Source of the DNA: an uncultured bacterium | GTDB taxonomy: Bacteria > Schekmanbacteria > GWA2-38-11 > J061 | Direction: 5' to 3' | NCBI GenBank assembly: GCA_964549305.1 | Contig: CAZJVM010000015.1 | Span: forward strand, 1-48,230 | Length of the DNA: 48,230 nucleotides | Shown: positions 11,477-20,413 of the stretch, piece after piece | How positions within the stretch are numbered: the stretch's first letter is position 1 | Layout of the letters: every line of letters starts with the position of its first letter | Position numbers and translations under genes: made by a program | The notes under the pieces: model-generated | Told to the model about the DNA's origin: nothing | The model's input: only the letters and a program-made list of their open reading frames with translations | The model's database searches: none

Positions 11477-12196
11477 TTAACCTTCTTCATTCTCACTATA
11501 ATAAAGCATTCTGTGACAATTAGGACAGTTTTTTATTTCTTCATCCATAATAACTTCATTAACGGTCTGCGGAGGTATAAGTACTGAACATTCAGGGCAA
11601 AATCCTTCTATATCAATTACGGAAACTGCTCTGGATGAACGTTTTTTCATCAACTTCTCGTACTCATTATATTTTTCTTTTGAAATGCTTCCGATAGATT
11701 TTTCTCTTTTCTCTCTTTTTTCCGCTATGGATTTTTCTAAATTCTCAAGCTCATTCTTCTTCTCTTCTTCCATTACCTGATGTTTCTTTTTCTCTTCTTC
11801 CAGAAGGGACTTTGCCTTTGAAATGTCTTCCTTGAAAGTACCGCTTTCATCCATCATTATAAGTATTTCTTCTTCAGTCGAATCAATCTTACTGTTAAGG
11901 TGTTCAACTTCCTTTATAAGCGCTCTGTATTCTTCGTTGGTTTTCACTTCATTCTGTTTTATTCTGCTTTTCACGATTTTCTCTTTCAGGTCCTCGATTT
12001 CACCTTCCTTTAGCTTGATATTCTTTTTGTAATCCTCAAACCTCTCCTGCGACGCTTTCAATTCTTCTTCAGCTTTTTGTAATGCCTCTTTTGCGTCTTC
12101 AATTTCCTGGGGTATCCTGCTTTTCCGTTCATCCATTGAAATGATTTCATTGTCAATCTTCTGAAGTTCGTAAAGAATATTTATTTCAGTAGTCAA
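11477..12196 (-). CDS. Full-length coiled-coil/C4 zinc-ribbon protein (DUF164; HP0958/FlgZ and CT398/CdsZ family)
   Basis: LYELQKID start, long heptad coiled coil with VKTNEEY hairpin, CPEC...CPNC.RMLY; TTG at 12196 with GGGAG RBS preferred over the ORF-track start at 12235. Confidence 0.88.
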   Translation of the reverse strand: MTTEINILYELQKIDNEIISMDERKSRIPQEIEDAKEALQKAEEELKASQERFEDYKKNIKLKEGEIEDLKEKIVKSRIKQNEVKTNEEYRALIKEVEHLNSKIDSTEEEILIMMDESGTFKEDISKAKSLLEEEKKKHQVMEEEKKNELENLEKSIAEKREKREKSIGSISKEKYNEYEKLMKKRSSRAVSVIDIEGFCPECSVLIPPQTVNEVIMDEEIKNCPNCHRMLYYSENEEG

Positions 12197-12241
12197 CTTA
12201 CAATCTCCCGATTTAAAAATTAACTTAGAGAACAATAGGGC

Positions 12242-12276
12242 AAAAAAAAAGAGTGCTCTAAAGCACTCTTTTTTTT
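12242..12276. terminator. Rho-independent terminator (bidirectional shape) downstream of rpoD-tRNA
   Basis: AAAAAAAAAGAGTGCT-CTAA-AGCACTCTTTTTTTT inverted repeat with A and T tracts. Confidence 0.75.
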
Positions 12277-12358
12277 ATCTGCAGGAAAATACCCTGCAGT
12301 TTTTTACAAGTCCCTTTTTAATTATTCTCTTTTTTCTCTTCATATCTCTTTTCATCAT

Positions 12359-12431
12359 TGGGCCCACCTGGGTTCGAACCAGGGACCTACCGGTTATGAG
12401 CCGGTGGCTCTTCCAGCTGAGCTATGGGCCC
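12359..12431 (-). tRNA. tRNA with CAU anticodon, most likely tRNA-Ile2 (lysidine)
   Basis: GGGCCCATAGCTCAG...ACCGG-CTCATAA-CCGGT...GGTTCGAACC..TGGGCCCA cloverleaf. The acceptor stem is fully paired (not an initiator) and the gene follows rpoD. Elongator Met is not excluded. Confidence 0.92.
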
Positions 12432-12448
12432 GCTCTTACTTATAAAAT

Positions 12449-14218
12449 TCATCCATTAATAAGGCCCACAAAAGGTTTTAACACCTTACTTCTGGTCTTA
12501 TGCCTAAGCTTCCTCAAAGCTTTCGCTTCAATCTGCCTTATTCTTTCTCTTGTTACACTGAAATCTTTACCGACTTCCTCAAGAGTATGCTCCGCGTTAA
12601 CATCGATACCAAAACGCATTCTTAAAACTTTTTCTTCCCTTGGGGTCAAAGTTTTCAATATTTCTCTTACTTTGTCTTTTAAGTCAAGACCTATTACGGC
12701 CTCGGAAGGGCAAACTGCCTTTTTGTCTTCAATGAAATCACCGAGATGACTATCTTCCTCTTCACCGATTGGAGTTTCAAGAGAAATCGGTTCTTTAGCT
12801 ATTTTGAGAACCTTCCTGATTTTATCTTCGGGAAGTTCCATTTTTTCGGCAATTTCCTTAGGAGTCGGTTCTCTGCCGTTTTCCTGCACCAGATGTCTGG
12901 ATGTCCTTATGAGCTTGTTGATTGTTTCAATCATATGCACGGGAATACGAATTGTCCTTGCCTGGTCAGCGATAGCTCTTGTAATCGCCTGACGAATCCA
13001 CCACGTTGCATAGGTGCTGAATTTATATCCTCTCTTATATTCAAACTTCTCAACTGCTTTCATCAACCCTATATTGCCTTCCTGAATCAAATCGAGAAAC
13101 TGAAGTCCGCGGTTGGTATATTTCTTTGCTATGCTCACTACTAAGCGCAGGTTTGCCTTTGCAAGTTCAGCTTTTGCATTCTTGTCAATTATCTTTCCGT
13201 TCTGAATAAGCTTGACCGTATTCTTGAGGTCTTCCTTATTGCGCTGCATCTCATTTTCGATTCTCTTTATTTTTCTTTTCGCATTCTTTATATTTTTGCT
13301 CTCTTCCTCTATGGAAGCCAGAAGATCCTTTTTTCTCGAATTTCTCGTTTTGCTCTTTGACTTCTTAAGTCGCTCTATTCTCTTTTCAAAAACTTTAATT
13401 TTAACCTGAGAATGAAGAATTTCCTTTTCGACTTCTTCTATCTTCTCAACAAATCCTTCAAGTTTAACAGCAATCCTGTCAATCTGATCCACACGAAGAC
13501 GAATACTCCTGATGTGTTCCATCATCGCCTTTAGGTTCTTTTCGCTTTTCTCCTTAACTTCTTTGTATTTTTTCCCGTCTTTCTTAAGTTTTCTTAAACT
13601 CTCAAGCTCTTTCCTGTAGATATTTTCCTTCGACATGATTTTATCGATAAGCGAAAAAAACCTCTTTTGTTCCTTTTTCTCCTTCTCTGCGTATACTTCA
13701 TCAAATTCACCCATTGAAACCACGTCGGCAACGGAAATTTTTTCGCTTTTTATCTTTTCTCCGAGCTCGATAATTTCTCTTATGGCAAGAGGAGTTCCTA
13801 TAACGGCATTTATGATTTGATTTTCCGCCTGTTCGATTTTCTTGGCAATTGCCACTTCACCTTCACGGCTTAAAAGAGAAACCGTCCCCATTTCCCTGAG
13901 ATACATTCTTACGGGGTCATCACTTCTTGACTGGACAGAAACTGTTGTTTTCAAGAACTCCTTGAGCTTTTTTTCATCAAATAATTCTTTTTCCTGTCCG
14001 TTATCACCGTTGTTTGATGATTCAGATTCGGATGATACGTTTTTGGAATCGATAATTTCAATTTCATTTGTATCAAACATATTCATAATGTCATTAATGT
14101 CATCAGTCTCAGTCATATTGTTTGGAAGAACTTCACTCACCTCGTCAAAGGTGAGAAACCCTTTCTTCTTCCCGATACTAATCAACGATCTGATTTCTTG
14201 CATATTCCTATTTGTCAT
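12449..14218 (-). CDS. rpoD: RNA polymerase primary sigma factor
   Basis: Region 1.1, [44 protein letters not shown]...[10 protein letters not shown]. Confidence 0.98.
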   Translation of the reverse strand: MTNRNMQEIRSLISIGKKKGFLTFDEVSEVLPNNMTETDDINDIMNMFDTNEIEIIDSKNVSSESESSNNGDNGQEKELFDEKKLKEFLKTTVSVQSRSDDPVRMYLREMGTVSLLSREGEVAIAKKIEQAENQIINAVIGTPLAIREIIELGEKIKSEKISVADVVSMGEFDEVYAEKEKKEQKRFFSLIDKIMSKENIYRKELESLRKLKKDGKKYKEVKEKSEKNLKAMMEHIRSIRLRVDQIDRIAVKLEGFVEKIEEVEKEILHSQVKIKVFEKRIERLKKSKSKTRNSRKKDLLASIEEESKNIKNAKRKIKRIENEMQRNKEDLKNTVKLIQNGKIIDKNAKAELAKANLRLVVSIAKKYTNRGLQFLDLIQEGNIGLMKAVEKFEYKRGYKFSTYATWWIRQAITRAIADQARTIRIPVHMIETINKLIRTSRHLVQENGREPTPKEIAEKMELPEDKIRKVLKIAKEPISLETPIGEEEDSHLGDFIEDKKAVCPSEAVIGLDLKDKVREILKTLTPREEKVLRMRFGIDVNAEHTLEEVGKDFSVTRERIRQIEAKALRKLRHKTRSKVLKPFVGLING

Positions 14219-14237
14219 GCAGGAGCGCCTCCAAAAT

Positions 14238-16019
14238 TTAAGTTGTAGTCACAAAACTATTTTTAACGCTTGCTTGCAACTTCTGATTCTCTCTTAATAA
14301 ACTATCGATTTCTGCCTTATCTCCTTTCATCAGAGCTTTTTCTATCTGAATCTTGTTTGTTTTAAGATTCCTCTTTATCTCTCTTTGAAGGTATTTTTTA
14401 AGACAGTCATCAAAACTTTTTTCTATATCAATAATTTCTTCACTCTTTAAACTTAGCTCACTGAACAATCCAAGCAACTCATCATCGCTCTCCTGTAGCA
14501 ACAGTGTTCCCAAACTTTCAAAATTGCCTTTCTCCAAAGACTCTTTTATTTTAAAAGCAATTCTTCTTAAAACTTTGTTCTCTATTGTTTCGGGATTAAT
14601 TTTTTCGAATATCCTCTCTCCCATCTCCCCGGAAGTCATCGCAATCGTTAAAATATACGATTCCAACACAAATCCGCTGTTAATTTCTTTTGTTCGAGAA
14701 TAATTATGGTTAGTTTTTTTCTTTTCATAATTAAAGGGTTTTTTTATTTTTTTATAAGCATCTATAATAAGATTTTCATCAACCTTTAAGCTTTCAGACA
14801 AGAATGAAGAATAAACGGCAAAATTAAAATTATCCAGGATTGATGACAGCATTTCAAAAACTTTATTCAGCGCCTTCTTCTTTCCTCCCGAATCACCAAT
14901 ATCAAATCCGCTGATTATGTTCGATATGACAAACTCTCCTGTGTCTACTGATTCATCAGTCAGTTTTTCAAGGAAACCTCTGCCTTTCTTTCTCAATGTG
15001 CTGTCAAGGTCCTCCCCGGAAGGCAGAAGCAATACTCTGGAAGAAAGTTTTGTCCCTGATATTTTCTCCCAGGACCTCACAACCGCGCTTACGCCGGCTT
15101 TATCCGCGTCAAATACAAAAAATAAGTTATCAGCATAAATCTTCACTGTTTTTATCTGCTCGTCCGTCAACGATGTGCCGAGTGGCGCTACAACTTCCGG
15201 AAATCCGTATTTATGCCCCATTATGACATCTATGTAACCCTCGGTTATGAAGACTCTCTTCTTCGCGCTGATTTCTTTCTTCGCCTTTGAAAAACCGTAA
15301 AGGATTTTGCTTTTCTTAAAAAGCGGCGTTTCCGGGCTGTTTATGTATTTTGCCCCTTCTTCCTTGTCGAGCGCGCGCGCGCCAAATCCTCTCGTCCTGC
15401 CGTCTCTGTCAAAAATAGGAAAAATTATTCTGTTTCTGAACCTGTCATAAAAACCGTTGCCGTCATTTCTCTTCACTACAAGGCCCGACTTGATAATCTG
15501 CTTTGCCGAATAATCTTTTGCGAGCAGGGTTGAAAGGTATTCCCATTTTGCCGGAGCGTAACCTATCTCATATTCTTTAAGAATCTCGTCATCAAAGCCC
15601 CTTGCCCTCAAATAAGCAAACGCGTCTTTCCCTTCTTTACCGTTAAGATTCGATATAAAAAGTTTTTTCGCTTCATCGTTTATCCTGAAAAGCCACTCCA
15701 ACGATTCGCTGTCTTTTCTGTCAGATGAAAATTTCAAAACAATACCGTACTTTTTTGCAAGAAGATGAAGCGTATCGGGAAAAGAAGTGTTTTCGTGCTT
15801 CATTAGAAAAGTAAAGACATTTCCGCCGGCACCACATCCGAAGCAATGAAAAATCTGCTTTTCCGGAGAAACTACGAAAGAAGGAGTCTTCTCGTTGTGA
15901 AAGGGACATAATCCCTTAAAATTATTTCCCGTTTTTGAAAGGGAAACATATTCAGATATTATCTCGACAATATCCGAACTCCTTTTTATCTCTTCTATTT
16001 TCCCGTCATCAATAAGCAT
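14238..16019 (-). CDS. dnaG: DNA primase
   Basis: [17 protein letters not shown] zinc finger, [38 protein letters not shown]. Confidence 0.97.
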   Translation of the reverse strand: MLIDDGKIEEIKRSSDIVEIISEYVSLSKTGNNFKGLCPFHNEKTPSFVVSPEKQIFHCFGCGAGGNVFTFLMKHENTSFPDTLHLLAKKYGIVLKFSSDRKDSESLEWLFRINDEAKKLFISNLNGKEGKDAFAYLRARGFDDEILKEYEIGYAPAKWEYLSTLLAKDYSAKQIIKSGLVVKRNDGNGFYDRFRNRIIFPIFDRDGRTRGFGARALDKEEGAKYINSPETPLFKKSKILYGFSKAKKEISAKKRVFITEGYIDVIMGHKYGFPEVVAPLGTSLTDEQIKTVKIYADNLFFVFDADKAGVSAVVRSWEKISGTKLSSRVLLLPSGEDLDSTLRKKGRGFLEKLTDESVDTGEFVISNIISGFDIGDSGGKKKALNKVFEMLSSILDNFNFAVYSSFLSESLKVDENLIIDAYKKIKKPFNYEKKKTNHNYSRTKEINSGFVLESYILTIAMTSGEMGERIFEKINPETIENKVLRRIAFKIKESLEKGNFESLGTLLLQESDDELLGLFSELSLKSEEIIDIEKSFDDCLKKYLQREIKRNLKTNKIQIEKALMKGDKAEIDSLLRENQKLQASVKNSFVTTT

Positions 16020-16044
16020 CGTTAATTAAGTTAATATTGTTTTA

Positions 16045-17013
16045 TTAATGTTTCTTCAACCTGCTGAAGCGCTTCAACCCCGAACAGGTATAAATCTTCA
16101 ATTTTGAATCTTTCTTTATTAGACTGTCCAATACAAGATTCATCCCCATTGAATCGCTTGACATATGGCCCGCGATTACAACATTGATATAATTCTTTTC
16201 CGCTTCTTTTCTGTGGTCTTCACCTATGTGCATCCCCACAATGGTTCCCACATCGGTATTGGCAAGATGCTGAAACATTTCCTTGGAACCACCCGTTCCT
16301 CCCGTCATATCAACGAATATATTTCCGCAACTTCTTTTTTCGCTTCCCACGAGCACTTTTGGAATATTCTGATCGAGAGACGATGATTTGTATTCAGGAA
16401 TATCAAGCAGTACATCGACGACATCGCTCACATAGCGCGGCTTTTTCTTCCCGAAAAGATTTTGAAGATGGCTCGTTACAGCATTGTCCGCGGGAGTGTG
16501 CACGCACATAAGAGGAATATCGAGCAATGACGCCGCATCCACCGTCCTGTTATAATTTACGGGCATCATTCTTCTCGAAACTTCGCTTATGCGGGGTTCA
16601 AGCATCGCCTCTGCAACCTGTACCGGAACACCGAACTTATGCAAAATATCCGCCTGCATACCCATTACATCGTAAAAATTAGCCATAGCCCTTCCCTCGG
16701 GATGATGTGCTATGACCAGGTCAATATCTATTCCCTTTTCCCGTAACCTGTCTGCAAGCAAAATCTCGCCTACCTCTATATCTATACCCACAAGAACATT
16801 TTTAACTTCTTTTTTTACGTTACCGTAAAGAATTCTTGTATCGGCAAAGGGATTTACAAGCCTTTCCTTGTCGAAAGACGCCTTTTTATTCTTGGATAGT
16901 TCGTCGAATTCCCTCTTTTCACGGTTGAGTTGCTCTTTGACTCCTTTCGCGCCTCTGGGGTCAACTTTAATTCCCAATTCCACGACTTTTTTATAAATGT
17001 CATTGATTTTCAT
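16045..17013 (-). CDS. NIF3-like dinuclear metal-centre protein
   Basis: AHHPEG, HTPADN and AGHMSSD metal-binding His motifs. Confidence 0.85.
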   Translation of the reverse strand: MKINDIYKKVVELGIKVDPRGAKGVKEQLNREKREFDELSKNKKASFDKERLVNPFADTRILYGNVKKEVKNVLVGIDIEVGEILLADRLREKGIDIDLVIAHHPEGRAMANFYDVMGMQADILHKFGVPVQVAEAMLEPRISEVSRRMMPVNYNRTVDAASLLDIPLMCVHTPADNAVTSHLQNLFGKKKPRYVSDVVDVLLDIPEYKSSSLDQNIPKVLVGSEKRSCGNIFVDMTGGTGGSKEMFQHLANTDVGTIVGMHIGEDHRKEAEKNYINVVIAGHMSSDSMGMNLVLDSLIKKDSKLKIYTCSGLKRFSRLKKH

Positions 17014-17132
17014 AGTATTATTATGAGTCCTTTAAAACCCTAGCTAATCACCTGTTTACACAATAAAATCCTGTTATTTCAGTAACAAAAGTGAGATAGG
17101 GGGGTGGTATAACTAAAATTCATTAATCGATA

Positions 17133-17160
17133 AATATAATACAGATTTTTTGTTTGTCAA
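17133..17160 (-). promoter_or_regulatory. Putative sigma70 promoter of nif3-dnaG-rpoD
   Basis: Minus strand TTGACA (17160-17155), 16 bp spacer, TATATT (17138-17133). Confidence 0.5.
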
Positions 17161-17231
17161 GAATATGAGATTTTTTTGTCTAAAAAATTCCCTAAATCAA
17201 GAAAACAATAAAAAATAATAAATTATTATTA

Positions 17232-17543
17232 TTACCCGTGAAGAATTCTGCTACAATTCCAGCACTGCACAATGTCTCTTTCTTCGCTTATTATGCCCAC
17301 TTCCTGCGTTGGTAAAACAACATTACAGGCAGAACAGGTTCCGTCTTCTATTTTTGCAAGCGCTTCTCCGTCTCTTGCCCTGTAAAGTTTTTCATAAAGT
17401 GAGAATATGTTAGGTCTTAGAGTTGATGTGATTTTTTCTCTCGACTTCGAACCTCTCTTTCTCTTGCTGTTTTTTTTCGCTTTTGAAAAGGCTTTTGTGT
17501 CCATTTCCTGAAGTTCGATTAATTTACTAATCTGCTCTCTCAT
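17232..17543 (-). CDS. Short C4 zinc-ribbon protein (DUF164-family paralog lacking the coiled coil), 103 aa
   Basis: ATG at 17543 with AGGAG RBS; LIELQEMD N-terminus and YEKL...CSAC.VVLP.Q...CWNCSRIL C-terminus match the two ends of the 11477-12196 protein. Confidence 0.85.
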   Translation of the reverse strand: MREQISKLIELQEMDTKAFSKAKKNSKRKRGSKSREKITSTLRPNIFSLYEKLYRARDGEALAKIEDGTCSACNVVLPTQEVGIISEERDIVQCWNCSRILHG

Positions 17544-18033
17544 TGTAAATCTCCTTTCCCTTATAAAAAGAAACATTCGTTTTAAACGGTGTCAATTTCT
17601 TAATATGCATAGCGATTTCAACTGCCTGAGATGAATTCTTTATTTTGTCATATATACTTTCTTCAGAAAGTCGTTCCAGCAAATCGCTGAAAATCCATAA
17701 CCATTCACCCTCCGTTGGAAGGACAATAAGAAAAATAAAGTGAATTTTTTCACCTGTTACCGATTTGAAGTTAACGCCTGTCACTGATTTTCCAATTGAT
17801 ATTACAGGGGTTATTGCATCATTTGAATAAATATGAGGGAATGCTATTTTCGGGAAAAGCACCGTGGAAGACTGCTCTTCACGGTCTATAAGTTCAACGA
17901 GCATCTTTTGTTTGTCAACCAAAACACCTGCAGATTCAAGGTGTATAAGCATTTCATAGAGACAACCGGATACTGATACCCCTTTTAAATCTGTCAGAAT
18001 ATAATCGGAATTTATAAAGTAATCTATCTTCAT
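17527..18033 (-). CDS. PTS IIA (PtsN/mannitol-fructose type) domain protein
   Basis: DREEQSST...IAFPH (phospho-His motif), GVNF.S..GEKIHFIFLI; stand-alone, with no IIB or IIC nearby. Confidence 0.85.
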   Translation of the reverse strand: MKIDYFINSDYILTDLKGVSVSGCLYEMLIHLESAGVLVDKQKMLVELIDREEQSSTVLFPKIAFPHIYSNDAITPVISIGKSVTGVNFKSVTGEKIHFIFLIVLPTEGEWLWIFSDLLERLSEESIYDKIKNSSQAVEIAMHIKKLTPFKTNVSFYKGKEIYNERAD

Positions 18034-18048
18034 AACGTTGTGCTTTAT

Positions 18049-18064
18049 TGCAATAATCGTGCCA
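18049..18064 (-). promoter_or_regulatory. Sigma54 (-24/-12) promoter
   Basis: Minus strand TGGCACGATTATTGCA matches the consensus TGGCACG-N4-TTGCW with exact GG-N10-GC spacing and points into the IIA gene. Confidence 0.88.
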
Positions 18065-18160
18065 CTTTTAATAATGCATAAAAAATATAATAAAAATTAA
18101 AATAATATAAAATAAAGCTCAATTATTCAGTTATTCCAAGCAAGATTCTCAAACCATATA

Positions 18161-18272
18161 TGCAATAATTGCACATATAATATATTTTAACACTTTAAGA
18201 TATTGATTTTAAAAGATAAAACAGGTTAAACGAATAGATGCAATATTTGCATCAAAAGTGCAATATTTGCAC
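18161..18272. promoter_or_regulatory. Candidate enhancer (UAS) sites: three TGCA-N5-TGCA palindromes
   Basis: TGCAATAATTGCA at 18161-18173; TGCAATATTTGCA at 18239-18251 and 18259-18271 (20-bp periodicity). Confidence 0.7.
18196..18208 (-). promoter_or_regulatory. Candidate IHF site
   Basis: Minus strand AATCAATATCTTA matches WATCAANNNNTTR exactly and lies between the tandem UAS pair and the sigma54 promoter. Confidence 0.55.
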
Positions 18273-18292
18273 ACCAGACTGACTTTCAAATA

Positions 18293-19672
18293 TCAAAAAT
18301 TATATTCTTTTAATTTATACTGCAAAGTTCTAAGGCTGATTCCTAAAAGATTAGCCGCTTCTCTCCTGTTTCCGTCTGTCATATTTACAGCTTCCTTAAT
18401 TGCCTCCATCTCTCTTTCCTTCAGTGATAAAAAATTCTTCAGCACCTTTTTGTTTTTCCTTTCATCCTCTCCCAAAACACGGGAAAAAATCTGTTCAGGC
18501 AAATCTTCGATTGTAATTACATTTTTTTTACACAGGACAACTGCCCTTTCAATTATATTTTTAAGCTCTCTCACATTTCCGGGGAAAGAATAGTTTTTAA
18601 GAATGTTCATTGTTTCATTGTCCATGGACTCAATCTCTTTTGAATATTTAATTAAAAACTTATTAAGAAACGCCAAAGCAAGTTGAGAAATATCTTCCCT
18701 TCTTTGGCGAAGCGGCGGAAGAGTGATTCGTATGACATTTAGCCGATAAAACAGGTCTTCTCTGAATTGTTTTTCCCGGCAAAGTACCTCAAGGTTTTTA
18801 TTTGTAGCTGCGATGAAGCGCACATCGACATCGATTTTTTCAAGCCCGCCGATACGGGTCACTTTCTGCTCTTCAAGAACCCTTAAAAGGTCAACCTGAT
18901 TGGCAAGACTTAATTCCGCAATTTCATCTAAAAAAAGAGTTCCCCTGTTTGCCTGTTCGATTCTTCCTTTCTTATTCTGAATTGCCCCCGTAAAAGCCCC
19001 TTTTTGATGACCGAACAGCTCGCTTTCAATAAGATTTTCCGGCAATGCTCCGCAGTTTAAAGCTACAAAGGGCATTTCGTTCCTGTGACTTCTCCTGTGA
19101 ATCGCGCGTGCGACAAGCTCCTTTCCCGTACCGCTTTCACCTTCTAAAAGCACTGTTACGTCTGCAGGCGCTATTTCATCAATCATTTTATAAATCATTT
19201 TTATCTTCGGACTTGTTCCCACAATTTCATCATTTTGCGAATCTATTTTAAGCATCTCCTTAAGACGTTTGTTTTCATCTAAAAGCGTATGCCTTTGAAT
19301 AAGGTTTGACAGATAGTTTTTGAAATACTTCGTATCTATGGGGTGCTGAAGAAAATCATGGGCACCTTTTTTCAATGATTCTATTGCAGTTGAAATAGTC
19401 CCTTCCGATGACATCAGTATGACATCGGTTACCGGGTCCTTTGACTTCGTAAACTCAAGAAGCGCCAGTCCGTTATAGTTCTTCATATTGAAGGAAGAAA
19501 AAACTAGATTGTAATCATTTTCTTCTATAAGCTTTTTTGCCTTCAGACTGTCCGAGGCATATGTTACCGTAAAGTCCGAGGGGGCAAAGCAGGAAGCTAA
19601 AAGCTTCATAGTGGAAGGATTTTCCGTTACAAGCAGAACGGATAGTTTTCTTTCAGGCATTAAATCATTCAA
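18293..19672 (-). CDS. Sigma54-dependent Fis-family enhancer-binding protein with a degenerate (pseudo-)receiver domain
   Basis: GESGTGKE, ESELFGH, GAFTGA, LFLDEI, FREDLFYRL, FPGNVRELKN, C-terminal Fis HTH; the REC domain lacks the acidic pocket, the phospho-Asp and the Lys. Confidence 0.95.
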   Translation of the reverse strand: MNDLMPERKLSVLLVTENPSTMKLLASCFAPSDFTVTYASDSLKAKKLIEENDYNLVFSSFNMKNYNGLALLEFTKSKDPVTDVILMSSEGTISTAIESLKKGAHDFLQHPIDTKYFKNYLSNLIQRHTLLDENKRLKEMLKIDSQNDEIVGTSPKIKMIYKMIDEIAPADVTVLLEGESGTGKELVARAIHRRSHRNEMPFVALNCGALPENLIESELFGHQKGAFTGAIQNKKGRIEQANRGTLFLDEIAELSLANQVDLLRVLEEQKVTRIGGLEKIDVDVRFIAATNKNLEVLCREKQFREDLFYRLNVIRITLPPLRQRREDISQLALAFLNKFLIKYSKEIESMDNETMNILKNYSFPGNVRELKNIIERAVVLCKKNVITIEDLPEQIFSRVLGEDERKNKKVLKNFLSLKEREMEAIKEAVNMTDGNRREAANLLGISLRTLQYKLKEYNF

Positions 19673-19750
19673 CCCCTGATAAACGGAGATAGTTTAAAAA
19701 ATATTAATAATGACACGTTTCCCTGTTGATAATGGGACAGTATATCATGT

Positions 19751-19786
19751 AAAAAAAAAGGGAAAAAGGATTTTATCCTTTCCCCC
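19751..19786 (-). terminator. Rho-independent terminator of the TCA/kor operon
   Basis: Minus strand GGGGAAAGGA-TAAAA-TCCTTTTTCCC followed by a T9 run, about 55 bp after the korC stop. Confidence 0.75.
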
Positions 19787-19839
19787 TAATAAGCTGTCTT
19801 TAAACACTAATTATCAGCAAACATTTTTCAAAAGAATCA

Positions 19840-20385
19840 TCAGGCAGACGCGGCATTAAAACCTTCTTCAAGCGCCCTTTTATTGAGGTCTTTAAATGCC
19901 GCAGGCACTCTTGCAAGCACCGCTTTTTCAACAGCATCTTTTGAAACAACCCCGCTTGCCCCTACAAGCACACCCAATGCAACGATATTTGCCGTTATCA
20001 CTTTCCCTACCTTTTTCTTGGCAATATCAATTATGGATACTTTAATGAGCTTTCCGCACTTATCAGAAGGAATATCCTTGACGAGATCTTCATCAACTAT
20101 CAATATGCCGTCACTTTTAAGATCTACTACATACTTATCAAGAGCTTTTTGCGTAAGCGCAAGAAGAACATCGATTTTCGTAGCTTTAGGAAAGTCAATC
20201 TTTTCATCGCTTATAATGACATCGGATTTGCTTGCGCCTCCTCTTGCCTCGGGACCGTAAGACTGACTTTGCAAAGCATGCTTATTTTCATAAATGGATG
20301 CCGCTTCTCCGAGTATTACTCCCGCAAGAATCAGACCCTGTCCCCCGGAACCGCTTAATCTTATTTCTTTTTTGTCGTTAGCCAT
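19840..20385 (-). CDS. korC: 2-oxoglutarate:ferredoxin oxidoreductase gamma subunit
   Basis: GSGGQG, QSYGPEARGGAS, ANIVALG. Confidence 0.9.
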   Translation of the reverse strand: MANDKKEIRLSGSGGQGLILAGVILGEAASIYENKHALQSQSYGPEARGGASKSDVIISDEKIDFPKATKIDVLLALTQKALDKYVVDLKSDGILIVDEDLVKDIPSDKCGKLIKVSIIDIAKKKVGKVITANIVALGVLVGASGVVSKDAVEKAVLARVPAAFKDLNKRALEEGFNAASA

Positions 20386-20413
20386 CTCTTATTTATCCTC
20401 ACTTTAAGCTAAA

